NCBI GenBank assembly: GCA_965240325.2
Contig: OZ251228.1
Location: 62,001-126,000, forward strand
DNA from: Rebecca billardiae RCC1528
Lineage: Eukaryota > Protista > Haptophyta
DNA: 64,000 bases
Direction: 5' to 3'
Shown here piece after piece: positions 54,211 through 64,000 of the stretch. Both the position numbers and the translations under genes were made by a program. The first letter of the stretch is position 1, and each line of letters begins with the position of its first letter. Under the pieces are notes generated by a model. It was not told the DNA's origin. It saw only the letters and a program-made list of their open reading frames with translations, and made no database searches.

Positions 54211-54475
54211 GCTCGCGGCCGTGATTGCTGGCCAGGCGGGCTGGCTTGCTTTTCACTTTTTCAGCAGCGCGACCTCACAATCTCAAATGAATCTGATCTG
54301 AAAAGCGCCGAACATGCGCCTCCCCCGGACTCGGTCTCGGGCACTCTCGGCCTTGATCCGTCCGGCGATCTCGCACCACGAGATCCATCTGGCTTTTGTA
54401 CCGGCAACGCCCCACGCATTTTCAAACGAGCCAGGACAGCGCGGGCGGGCATCGCCTGCTGCCGCGCGTGCAGCC

Positions 54476-57424
54476 ATGGACAGCGACGGCTTCGTCGTGC
54501 ACGCGAAGGAGAATGAGCTGCCGCGCGCGTCGTCGCCGGCGCGCAAGAAGCAGCGCCAGTCGCTGGGCAAGCGCGTCTCCTTCGGCCACGTCGAGCTGCA
54601 CACGTTTCTCAAGGATGCCGACCGCACGCCTTCGCCGATGGTGGGCGCGCCCGGCGGCGGCGCGCCCGCTGCGCCGAGCCCCGAGGTGAGCGCCGGGCAG
54701 GGCGCGCAGCCCGTGGATGCGCCTGCTCCACCCGCGCCCAGCCTTCTCGACCTGGCGGCGGCGGACGAGGCGGCTGCCGATGCGGCTGCCGCGGCCGCCG
54801 CGGCTGCCGCGGCCGTGCCGGCTGCGCCGGGCCTTGCCGATCTCTTGCGCACGGACGAGGAGGCGAGCGGCGTGGCGGGCGTGACTGAGGCTGACGATGA
54901 TGACGACGACGTCGTCTTCCGCCCGCGCGCCGCCGCCGGGCCGGGCGGCGACGGCAACGACACGATGAGCATGGACTTCACGCAGAGCTACGGGCCGGGC
55001 ATCGTCTTGCGCGCGGCGGCGCAGCAGGGGCAGCAGCCGGAGGATGGCGGCCCGGCGGAGGCGCCGCTGGGCCAGGACGCGAGCGAGACGATGGACTTCA
55101 CCCGCAGCTACGGGCCGGGCATCCTGGCCGGCGTGACCACGCCCTCGGGCGCCGTGGACGACAGCGCGCCGCCCGCCAGCTCGCTGCTCGAGCCGAGCCC
55201 GCTGCAGCTGCAGCCGCAGCCGCAGGCCCCGGCGGCTGAGGTGGCGGTGCCGCAGCCGCCCGCCGCCCCCGAGAGCGTGCACGCCGAGGTGGCCGGGCGT
55301 CTGAGCCAGCTCACTGAGCAGGTCGCCGTCGGCGCCGCGGGCGGGGCAGGCCTCTCCTACGAGACGTTCCTCGCCAACCACGGTGCGTGCGGTCACGCGG
55401 AGGCGGGCGGGGAGGAGGGGGCGCGAAGTCGGGCGCGCGGGCACGTGCCGCCGCGCTGGCGGCTGAGACCCCGCCGCGCTTGCCCCCGCCGACGCGCGCG
55501 CGCGTGCGCCCTTACTCGCGCGCGCAGGCATCCGCTTCCTCGACGACGCGGGTGCCGCCGCGCGGCCGGGCTCGCTGGGCGGCGACGCGTGCGCCGAGCT
55601 CGGCTTCAGCGCGGAGGAGGCGCCGGAGGAGGCGCAGCTGGCGGCCGCTGCCGCGCTGCGGCCGCACTACGAGAGCGTGCAGTGGGGCGCGGAGCAGCTC
55701 GCCGCGTCTTGCGCGCAGATCCGCGCGGCGATCGCGCACACCGAGGAGCACGTCGCCTCCACCGGCGGCTTCTTCGAGCACCTGCCCGCGCGCGAGGACG
55801 AGCTGCACGCGCTCAAGGCCACGTGCCGGCTGGGCGCTCTCTCGATGTGGCACGAGTGGCGCGCCAAGCTGGAGACGTCCAACGCCAAGATCCTCTCGGA
55901 CTCGGAGGGGTACCTGCTCGCCGACCTGGCGACGCTCGAGTCGCTGCTCGGCGCGGTGCGCGAGGCGAGCGCGCGCGTGCGCGGCGCGGCGGCCGACGGC
56001 CCGGCGCACGCGCACGCCGAGGCGCAGGTCGAGCTCGAGGGCGCGCGCGCGCGGCTGCGCGAGCAAGCGGACGCGCGCGAGCGCGCGCGCGCGCGCGCGG
56101 CCGACGCGCGCGCGGCGGCAGACGCGGTGCGCGCGGCGAGCACCGAGGCCGCCGACGGCTCGGCGGCCGACGCACTCGGCGCACTCGAGGCGGAGCTTGG
56201 CGAGCTCCAGCAGAAGCACGCGTTGGTGACGAGTGCGCTCGCCGAGGCGACGGCGGCGGCTGAGGCGGCCGCCGTCGCGCCCGCCGCCGCGGCGGACCCG
56301 GCGACGAGCGCGGCCGCGCGCGCGCGCGAGCTCGCCGTCCTGCGCGCCGCGCTGGGCTGGCGGCCGTGCGCGCTCTCGACCGAGGCGCTCGAGCTCAGCT
56401 TCGACGCGCTGGGCCTCACGCTGCGCGCGCGGCTCGCGAGCGCGCCCGGCGGCGGGCTGCGCCTGCGCGCCGCCCCAAAGCTCGAGCGCGCGCCAGGCGC
56501 GCCCGACGCCGAGGCCGGCGCGGCGCCGGCGCCGGGCTCGGTGCTCGCCGCCGTGGGCGAGGCGCTGACCGACCTCGCGGTGAGCGAGGTGGCCAAGGAG
56601 CTGGGCGCGTGCACGCAGCTTGCCAGCCTGCCCGCCGCCGTCACGCGCGTCGCGACCGTCGTCGGCCGAGCCGCAGAGCTCCACGCCGAGGTGAGTGCGG
56701 CAGCGAGCGCGCATCCGCCGCCCCCGTCCGCGCCGCGCGACAGCAGACGCCCGCGCCCCCACTGACGGCGCGCCGCCCGCCCGCGCGCGCCGGCGCCGCG
56801 CGGTGCGCGCCCCCAGATCGAGCGGCTGAGCGCGCCGTACGCGATGCACTGCACGCGAGACCCGATTGTCGTTGGCGGCCTGCCAGGTGCGCCACTCGGC
56901 GCGCGGCACGCGCGCGCGGCAGAGGGGCAACTCGCGCGCACACGCGTCACGCCCGCGCTCACGCGCGCGCGCTGCCGTTCGCCTGCCCCGCCGTGGCGCC
57001 GCAGGGAGCGCGCCCGTGCTGCACGTCTCCTTCTCGCACAGCGCGCACGCGCTTCGCTTCAGCGCCTCCATGCGCGTGGACGCGCTCACGATGCCGACGC
57101 AGCTGAGCTACCAGCTGGTGCGTGCGTGCGCGCGTGCGTGCGTGCGTGCGCACACGCCGGGCGCGGCCGGCTACGCGCCCGTGCGCGTGGAGATGGCGAC
57201 ACCCTCGGCCGCGCTCTCAGCCGCTGCCGCGCGCGCCGCGCGCCGCCGGTGCGCAGGTGGAGGTGAGCTCGTGCCCGGCCGGCCTCTCGCACGGCACGGT
57301 CGCCAACTGCGTGCTGCGCGCCTTTGAGGAGACGCGAGGCATCGGCCCCGGCCGCCTCACCGCGCTGCTCAGCGCCGTGCGCGACGGCTCTCTGCGCGCG
57401 TGCGAGCAGCACGCCGCCGCGTGA
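54476..57424 (+). CDS. KNL1: Kinetochore scaffold KNL1/Spc105/Spc7 homolog, multi-exon
   Basis: N-terminal KRVSF (PP1 motif); two MELT-like MDFT repeats; Spc7-domain signatures YETFLANH|GIRFLDD (across intron 55383-55528) and LKATCRLGALSMWHEWRAKL; coiled coil; RWD-like C-terminus. Confidence 0.82.
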
Positions 57425-58522
57425 GCGAGGCAGCGAGCGAGCGAGCCTCGCGTCAGGCAGCCAGCTGACGGCGCGCGGCATGCAGCCTGCAGGGCGTTGG
57501 CGCGCGTCCTCGGGCGCGCGCTCGGCGTCGCCAACCGCCGGTGGCGGTGATATGGCGGTCGGGCTCGCCGGCTCAGCAGGCGGTGACGGTGTCCGCGCAT
57601 CGCACTCGTACGACTAGGTACGTGAGTCGTGCGGCTGACACCGCGGCTCACTCACGCGGGGCCGCTAACGCGCGACTACTCATACTTCATAGGCGCCGCG
57701 CGCGCCGCCGAGAGGCGAGACACTTCGACGAAGTCGTCCGCACGAATTAATCCACGATCGATCGATGACGAATAATGTCGTCGTCGATGAATACGATGAT
57801 CGATGACTGATATATGCTACTCTGTAACTCTGATGATGATGATCGACCAGTAGTAGCATCAGCGCTCGTCGTATCATCGGCAGGCCGGCTAGTACAGACT
57901 ACAGGCCGGCAGCCCCGCAGCTCATCAGCCATCTGACATCTGTCTATAGTAGTAGTATATATCTGATGAGTGGCGAGTTATTGGCGCCCTATTGACGCGC
58001 ATCATATTATTTCAAGTTGGTCCATCGTCGACATGTCCGCCGCCACTGATCATGACACTGCTGATGCGCTGATCGTATTCGTGGGCGCTGACGTCGACGA
58101 TTACAGGCGGCCCGCCGGCGCGCCGCGCCGCTGACCCCGGCGCCGTGTCCGTGACGGGGCGACGCCGGAGGCGTGTTGCCGAATGCCGGACGCGCGACGG
58201 TGATGGCTGCTGAGCGCTGACGACGACGCCGCCATCGACGACAGCACGACGACCGCAGAATGCCGATGCACCAGCACACGCCACACGGTCTCCATCGCGG
58301 CCACACGAAGCCGTTGCTGCGCCATCGTCCACACCAACTGCAGACGGCCCGATCGATCCGCCGCGCGCGGCCGCCGCGGAGCTACTGCTGCTGCCGCCGC
58401 CGCCGCCGCCGCCTGCGTGCGCGGTGGCGCACGCGTAGCGCGCCGTGGCGGTGCTGGCGCAGGCTTGCCCAGCCCGCCGCCGGCGGCGTGCGGTGCCGTG
58501 CGCGCAGCGCCGTGCGCGCGCG

Positions 58523-58914
58523 TCAGCGCCCCTTCGTGCCCGGCCCCGCCTTCCCCAGATCGAAGAGCTCGATGTAACGGTTCCCCATGGACTGCAGGTC
58601 CTTGGACATGGCCCGCTGCGCCTCCTGCGCGCAAGGCCGCGGCGCGCGCGCACGTGCGCGCCGCGCGCGCCGCCCGGTGTGAGCGCTCGCTCGGCCGGGG
58701 CGCGCACGGCGTGGCGCGCGCGCGCTCGCGCGCGCGCACCTGCGCGGAGCCCAGTCGCACGTTCGCCTCGCCCGTCGGCCGCCCCTGCGAGTTGATGCAC
58801 AGCACGACGCTGCCCTCGTGCACGCGCACGCCCGCGCCCGCAAAGAAGCCGGCCACATCGGCGGCGCTCGCCTTGTACGGCAGCCCTCTCATCTTGATCA
58901 CGTGGGGCTGCGGC

Positions 58915-58970
<56 letters not shown>

Positions 58971-60179
58971 GGAGGAGGAGGAGGAGGAGGAGCCCCCGGG
59001 CGGCGGGGCGGAGGCGGAGGTGGGCATCGGCATCGGCGGGCCCGCGTCCGCGCCCCCCGCGCCGGCGGACGCACTCGTCGGCGGCGCCGCTGCATCCGCC
59101 GCCCAGCCGCCGCGTCCGCCGCCTGCCGCCGCGCCGCGCGCCGCGCCCGCGCCGCCGGCCGGCGGCATCGAGCCGCCGCCCGACCCCTTGAGCGGCGCGC
59201 CGGCGTGCTTGCCCGCGCCGGCCGAGCCCGGCCGTAAGCCCGCGCCCGCGCCACCACCGCCGCGCTCGCCGGCCGACGCGGGCCGCGCGCCGCCAGCCGG
59301 CGCGGGCGCGAGCACCGCCGCGCCGCCCTCCGCGCTCGGCGGCGAGCCCACGCGCGCGCCCGCCTTTGCGCCCGCCGCGCCGGCGGCAGGCGCCGCGCCG
59401 GGCAGTAGGAACACCTCGATGTAACGGCCGCCCATGTACTGCCGGTCCTGCGCGCGCGTGCGCAGGCGCGCAGGTGTGCGGGCGGGCGCGCGCGGCGGGG
59501 CGGCGCGGCGGGAGGGCGCGTGAGCCGCTCGTGCGCCAGGAAGGCGGGCGGCGCGGCGCGCTCAGCACGAGGCAGCCCGCGCCGAGCGCGCGCGCACCCT
59601 CTTCAGGGCCTTCTGCGCCGCCTGCGCGCTCGTGAACTGCACGCACGCCTCGCCGCTCGGCCGGCCCTGGTTGTTCATCAGGATGCTGCGCGCCGTCCGG
59701 GCGCGGCGTGCGCGCGCGCGCGAGGGGCGCGCGGCGGCTCAACGGGCGGGCTGGCTGCCTGAGGCGCGCACGGCAAGGCGCCGCCATCTGTCGGCGTGCT
59801 GGCCGGGCGCGTCGGAGGTGTCGCGCGCGCGCGCTCGCACCGAATGCCGTTCGGGGCGATCTTGAGCCGGTCGAAGAAGCTGCGGATGTCCTGCATGGAC
59901 GCGCGGTACGGCAGACCGCGCAGCTTGATGGTGCACCCCGCCGCCGCGCCCTGCTGCGCCGCGGACGCGGGCGCACCCTCGCGCTCGGCGCCCGCTTGCG
60001 GCGCGGCCGCGGTCGCGCGCTGCTGCGCGGCGGCAGCACTGCCACTGGAGGAGGACGAGCCCGCGCTCGGCACGCTCGCGAGCGGCACGGCCGCGTCCGC
60101 GGGCGGCGGCGGCCCCACGCCGCTCGCCCCCTCGCACAGCTCCACACCGCCCGCCTGCGCCTCTCCGCCTTCCTTGGAC

Positions 60180-60211
<32 letters not shown>

Positions 60212-61960
60212 CGGCCCCGGCCATGGTGGCCCCGGCCTGTCTGCGGCGGCGTTAGCGCCGTGGGCAGCGGCGGCGGCGGACACGGCAAAGAGGCCCGATG
60301 CGGAGCCGGGCGCGCCGCCGCGCTGCTGCTGCTGCTGCTGCTGCTGCTGCGCCCACGGCGCGCCCATGTCGTGCAGCCGAGAGTCGTGCAGCAGCGACAG
60401 CGCGCCCGGCGCGTCCTCCGTGAGCGTGAGCGGCGAGGCGGCGCACTGCAGCTGCAGCTCAAGGGGCGGCGGGGGCGCGGGCAGCGCAGAGCACGAGGAG
60501 GCGTGCGTGGGCGAGGAGGCGGGCATCGAGCCCGCGCCCAGCCCGAGCCCGCCGTGCGCGCCGCCGCCCGGCGACGCCACCGCCTCCGCCACCGGCCCGA
60601 GCGGCGAGAGCTGCACAGACCGAGGCGTGGACGCGGGCGTCGAGTCGCCTCCGAGGGATGGCGCCGCGGGCACGGGCTGTGAGCGGGGCGAGGCGCGGCC
60701 GCACCAGCCGCCGCCGCCGCCGCCGCCGCCGACCACCGCCAGCGTCGTCTCGGCCGACGAGGAGAGCGCCGAGCTCGAGCACGGCAGCGTTGGAACGTGC
60801 CCAAGCCGCGCGCCCACGCCCCCGCCGGCGCAGCACGAGCCACCGCCGGCCGCGAGCGCGCCGCCGCTGCCGCGCATCGCCTCCGCAGGCGCGGAGCCCG
60901 CGTGCACGTCGTGCCAGCCGTGCGCGGCGATCACGTCGGCCATCAGCCCGCCACCGCCGCCGCCGCCGCCGAACACGCCGCCCGCTGAAGCCGAGCCCGA
61001 GTACGAGCGCTCGAGGCCCGCCAGCACGCCCGTCGGCAGCGGCTGCGGCTGCAGCGGGTGAGGCTGGCCGTACTCGGACGAACCGAGCGCGCCGCCGCCG
61101 CCGCCGTGCGCGCCGCGCGCGCCGGGCCACGAGTGGTCGGAGAGGGCGCCGAAGGCGGGCGACGCGGCGGAGGGCGAGAGGGGCGAGTGCGCGCCGTACG
61201 CCACGGTGCGCCCGCTCGGCACGCTGCCGCCGCCGCGCATCGACAGCGGCTGCGCCTGCGGAGACAGTGCAGCTGCCGTGCCCGCATGCGCGTGCGCCGG
61301 CCGCGCGCCCGGGATCATCTGCGGCGTGGAGACGGCGTGCCACGGCGGGAGGAGCGTCGCGGGCTGCACGGACGGGCGCGGCGGGGCGCACGCACGCCGC
61401 GTGGCCGCGCGAGTGAGCACGCTCGCCGCGCGGGCGGACGCGTCGCGCCGCGCGGCGGCGCACCGGCGCGGCGCGGCGCGGTGCGCCCGCGGCGCGCGCA
61501 CCGTCTCCACCGGGCGGCCGAGCCCGCCGACCGCGCGCGGCGCGTGCCCGGCGCCGAGGGAGGCTGCGCCCTCCAGGAACATCCACTCGCCCGGCGCACG
61601 CGCCGACTCGGCCGGCCGGCCGAAGCCGTAGCCGCGGCTGTCGCTCGGGACGCCGTGGCCCGCGCCCGCGCCGACGAGGTGGACGGCGTCCTGCTCGGCG
61701 GGCGCGCGGATGCGGCGGGCGCGCGCGGCGGGCGTGAGAGGGCATCGTGCCGCGCGCGCGCGACGCCGAGCCGCGCGAACGCGCGCGCGCACCTTGCTCG
61801 GCCACATGCCCGGCGCGGCCGCGTCCGCCTGCGAGCCCTGCGGCCACGAGTGCGCGTCGTGGCTCAGGGCCGGCGGCGCCGGGTGCGCCGGGCCGTCGCG
61901 CCAGCGGCCGTCGGCGACGTAGGCCTGCGCCGGCGACGTCCACACGCCGCCGCCGAACAT
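58523..61960 (-). CDS. hnRNP F/H / ESRP-like protein with two quasi-RRMs and long low-complexity N-terminus; multi-exon, start uncertain
   Basis: IKLRGLPYRAS...GRPSGEACVQF...MGGRYIEVF; IKMRGLPYKAS...GRPTGEANV...MGNRYIELF. Confidence 0.88.
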
Positions 61961-62271
61961 GCTGCCCTCGCGCGCGCGCGCGGCGCGGTCGTGCCGGGGT
62001 GCGTTGAGCGGGCGGTGATCAGGGCCCCCCCGCTTGCCGCCGGCCCGGGCGGCCAGCCGGCTGATCAGAAGGCGGTCCGGGGGCTCATCCCGACTTATTG
62101 CGCGCGATTAGTGGGGCAGTCCGGAAGCCAACGACCTTCTCATTCGTCGGCTTCTCAGATTCAGGCGAGCTCAATAATTGCCGGACCACCCCGAGCAATA
62201 CCCGGCCTATGATGAGTACAAACGGCGCCGTATCTGTCTTGCAAGTACGGGTAACGGGGGTACCGTCGTCA

Positions 62272-63018
62272 TCAGAAGAGCTCGGGCAGCGCGCGCGGCA
62301 GGTCGTGGATCGACGCGATGCTCGCGTCTACCTCCTCGGCGAGCCCGTGCGCGGCGGGGCCGCACGCGACGGCGCGCCAGCCCGCAAGCTTGGCGCCGCG
62401 AAGGTTGGCCGGCGCGTCGTCGACGAGGATGCACGCGCCCGGCGGCGGCGGCGCGCCGTCCGCGCCCGCCGCGAGTGCGCGCGCCGCGGCGAGGGCCTCG
62501 GCCGAGTGCTTCGCGGCGAAGCCGACGGCGCGCACGTCGATGATCGGCCGGTGCTTCACGGCGAGCAACTCCGCCACGCCGAGCGCCTCCAGGCAGCGCT
62601 GCGCGTGCGACGCGGTCGATGCCGTGTACACGCGCACGTCGCACGCGGCGCGCGCCGCGAGCCGCCGCAGCAGCTCGGCGAGCCTCTCGTCGCGGCCAAA
62701 GGCGAGCGGCACCGCGTGCGTCGTCTCGAGGAAGTGCTGCGCGTCGTGCGCAATCCCCTCGGCGCGCAGCCCGCGCAGGCACGTGCCGTGCGTGCGGTAC
62801 AGCTCGACCGCGCGCGCGCGCGGCACCCCGAGCTGCTCGGTGCAGTAGGCGAGGATGGACGCGTGCAGCGCGGCCTGCGTGCGCCCGCCGTCGTCGTAGA
62901 GCGTGTCGTCGACGTCGAGGAAGAGCGTCGGCCGGTGCGCGCCCGCGGGGGTGGCCAGGCGCCGCGCCGCGCCCGTGAGGCGCCGCGCCACCGCCGCCGG
63001 CGCGGCCGCGGCAGCCAT
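62272..63018 (-). CDS. HAD-superfamily pyrimidine 5'-nucleotidase (SDT1-like)
   Basis: Motif I FLDVDDTLY; LYRTHGTCLRGL; motif IV LVDDAPANLRGAKLAGW. Confidence 0.88.
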   Translation of the reverse strand: MAAAAAPAAVARRLTGAARRLATPAGAHRPTLFLDVDDTLYDDGGRTQAALHASILAYCTEQLGVPRARAVELYRTHGTCLRGLRAEGIAHDAQHFLETTHAVPLAFGRDERLAELLRRLAARAACDVRVYTASTASHAQRCLEALGVAELLAVKHRPIIDVRAVGFAAKHSAEALAAARALAAGADGAPPPPGACILVDDAPANLRGAKLAGWRAVACGPAAHGLAEEVDASIASIHDLPRALPELF

Positions 63019-63212
63019 CACGACGAGCCGTCTTTCTTATAGTTTCTTTATTGGCCGCCGCCGCCGCCGGGAAGTTCAATACTTCAATTCAGGAGTTTTT
63101 TAAAAATCCATCACGTTCGCGGTTCGACCTTCGACGAGGACCTCGAACCTGACGACAGCCCTTGAAACCAAATTGAAACGCTCCGCGGCCGAGTCGAGCG
63201 TCGTCGGGGGCC

Positions 63213-64000
63213 ATGAGCGCGCTGGACGACGTCGACTTTGAGCTGTGCGTGCGGCACGCGGAGGTGCGGCGCACGTGGGACACGTTTGGCCCGCGCACCG
63301 CCCTCCTCCTCACCCGCTTCGCCGAGCGCGTCGAGGCCCTCGGCGTCCACGCCCTCCGCGACGACGAGCTGCGGCTCGTGGTGGACACGATCCGACGCGT
63401 CGAGCCCACGCAGTGGCCGGAGGCGCACTCGCGCTGGGCCGCGCGCGCGCTCGTGCGCACGTGGCTCACCGACGCGTACGGCGTCCTCGCGCAGGCGCGC
63501 GAGCTCGTCGCCGACGACCCCGCCGACGAGAACACCGACGCAAGCAACGCGCGCCGGCCCGCGCTGCTGAGCGCGCCGGAGAGGCTGGCGCCGCCCAAGC
63601 TGCGCGAGGCGCTGGCGCCCTTCTACGCGAAGGGGGTCGACCGGCTGCCCGCGACCGACCTCCGCGCCGTCGCGCGCGCCGTCGCGTGGATCACGCGCAC
63701 CGAGCCGCCCACGACCGCCAAGCAGCAGCGGCGCATGGTGGCAGATTGGGTCCTCGCAGCGCGGGCGCCCCCCGCCCCCGGCGCAGCCGCGGCCGGCGCT
63801 GCGGCCGCGGCGGGCGCGCCGCGCAGGGCCGAGCAGGAGCGATCGGCTGTGCCGCTCGGCGCTGGTGCCGCGCCGCGCTCCGGCCCGGCGGCGCGGCCGA
63901 CGGCGCGCGCGGCCGAGCGCGCCGCGGCAGGCGGTGCGCCGCGAGGCGGTGTGAGCTTCGTGGTGGACGTGCGCGGCGCGGGGCAGGCGGCGGCCGAGGC
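63213..64000 (+). CDS. Hypothetical protein, truncated by window end
   Basis: ATG 63213 opens MSALDDVDFELCVRHAEVRRTWDTFGPR... with codon usage like neighbouring genes; divergent from the HAD gene. Confidence 0.6.
   Translation, partial: MSALDDVDFELCVRHAEVRRTWDTFGPRTALLLTRFAERVEALGVHALRDDELRLVVDTIRRVEPTQWPEAHSRWAARALVRTWLTDAYGVLAQARELVADDPADENTDASNARRPALLSAPERLAPPKLREALAPFYAKGVDRLPATDLRAVARAVAWITRTEPPTTAKQQRRMVADWVLAARAPPAPGAAAAGAAAAAGAPRRAEQERSAVPLGAGAAPRSGPAARPTARAAERAAAGGAPRGGVSFVVDVRGAGQAAAE

Overview
Very GC-rich eukaryotic nuclear DNA with short GC-rich GT-AG introns. The gene content (OPR-RAP, algal-type SGNH and GT-like families) suggests a haptophyte-like alga; this is inference. The first 26 kb is dominated by mobile DNA: (i) a >=8.5-kb foldback structure (1.4-kb inverted arms plus inverted arrays of a 214-bp unit); (ii) a DIRS/PAT-type tyrosine-recombinase retrotransposon with 437-bp direct repeats, whose gag and RT-RNase H ORFs are in one frame, separated by a single TAG and followed by a strong hairpin; (iii) a 6.9-kb 'composite' Tc1/IS630-type element in which two near-identical 812-bp TIR-bounded modules in direct orientation bracket an intact transposase with DD41E spacing and a 415-bp tandem array. 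Further right are two Helitron2/Helentron-like non-autonomous elements with shared ends but different interiors, and a TA-flanked TIR element. Host genes: BET bromodomain protein, an LRR receptor-like protein built from 72-nt exons, three putative glycan-modifying genes, a divergent RING E3 / OTU DUB pair, HDAC1/RPD3, a Cys/His-rich secreted protein, an OPR-RAP protein, a 3-TM protein, KNL1/Spc105, an hnRNP F/H-like RRM protein and an SDT1-like HAD nucleotidase. All calls were made by eye from motifs; no database searches were run.
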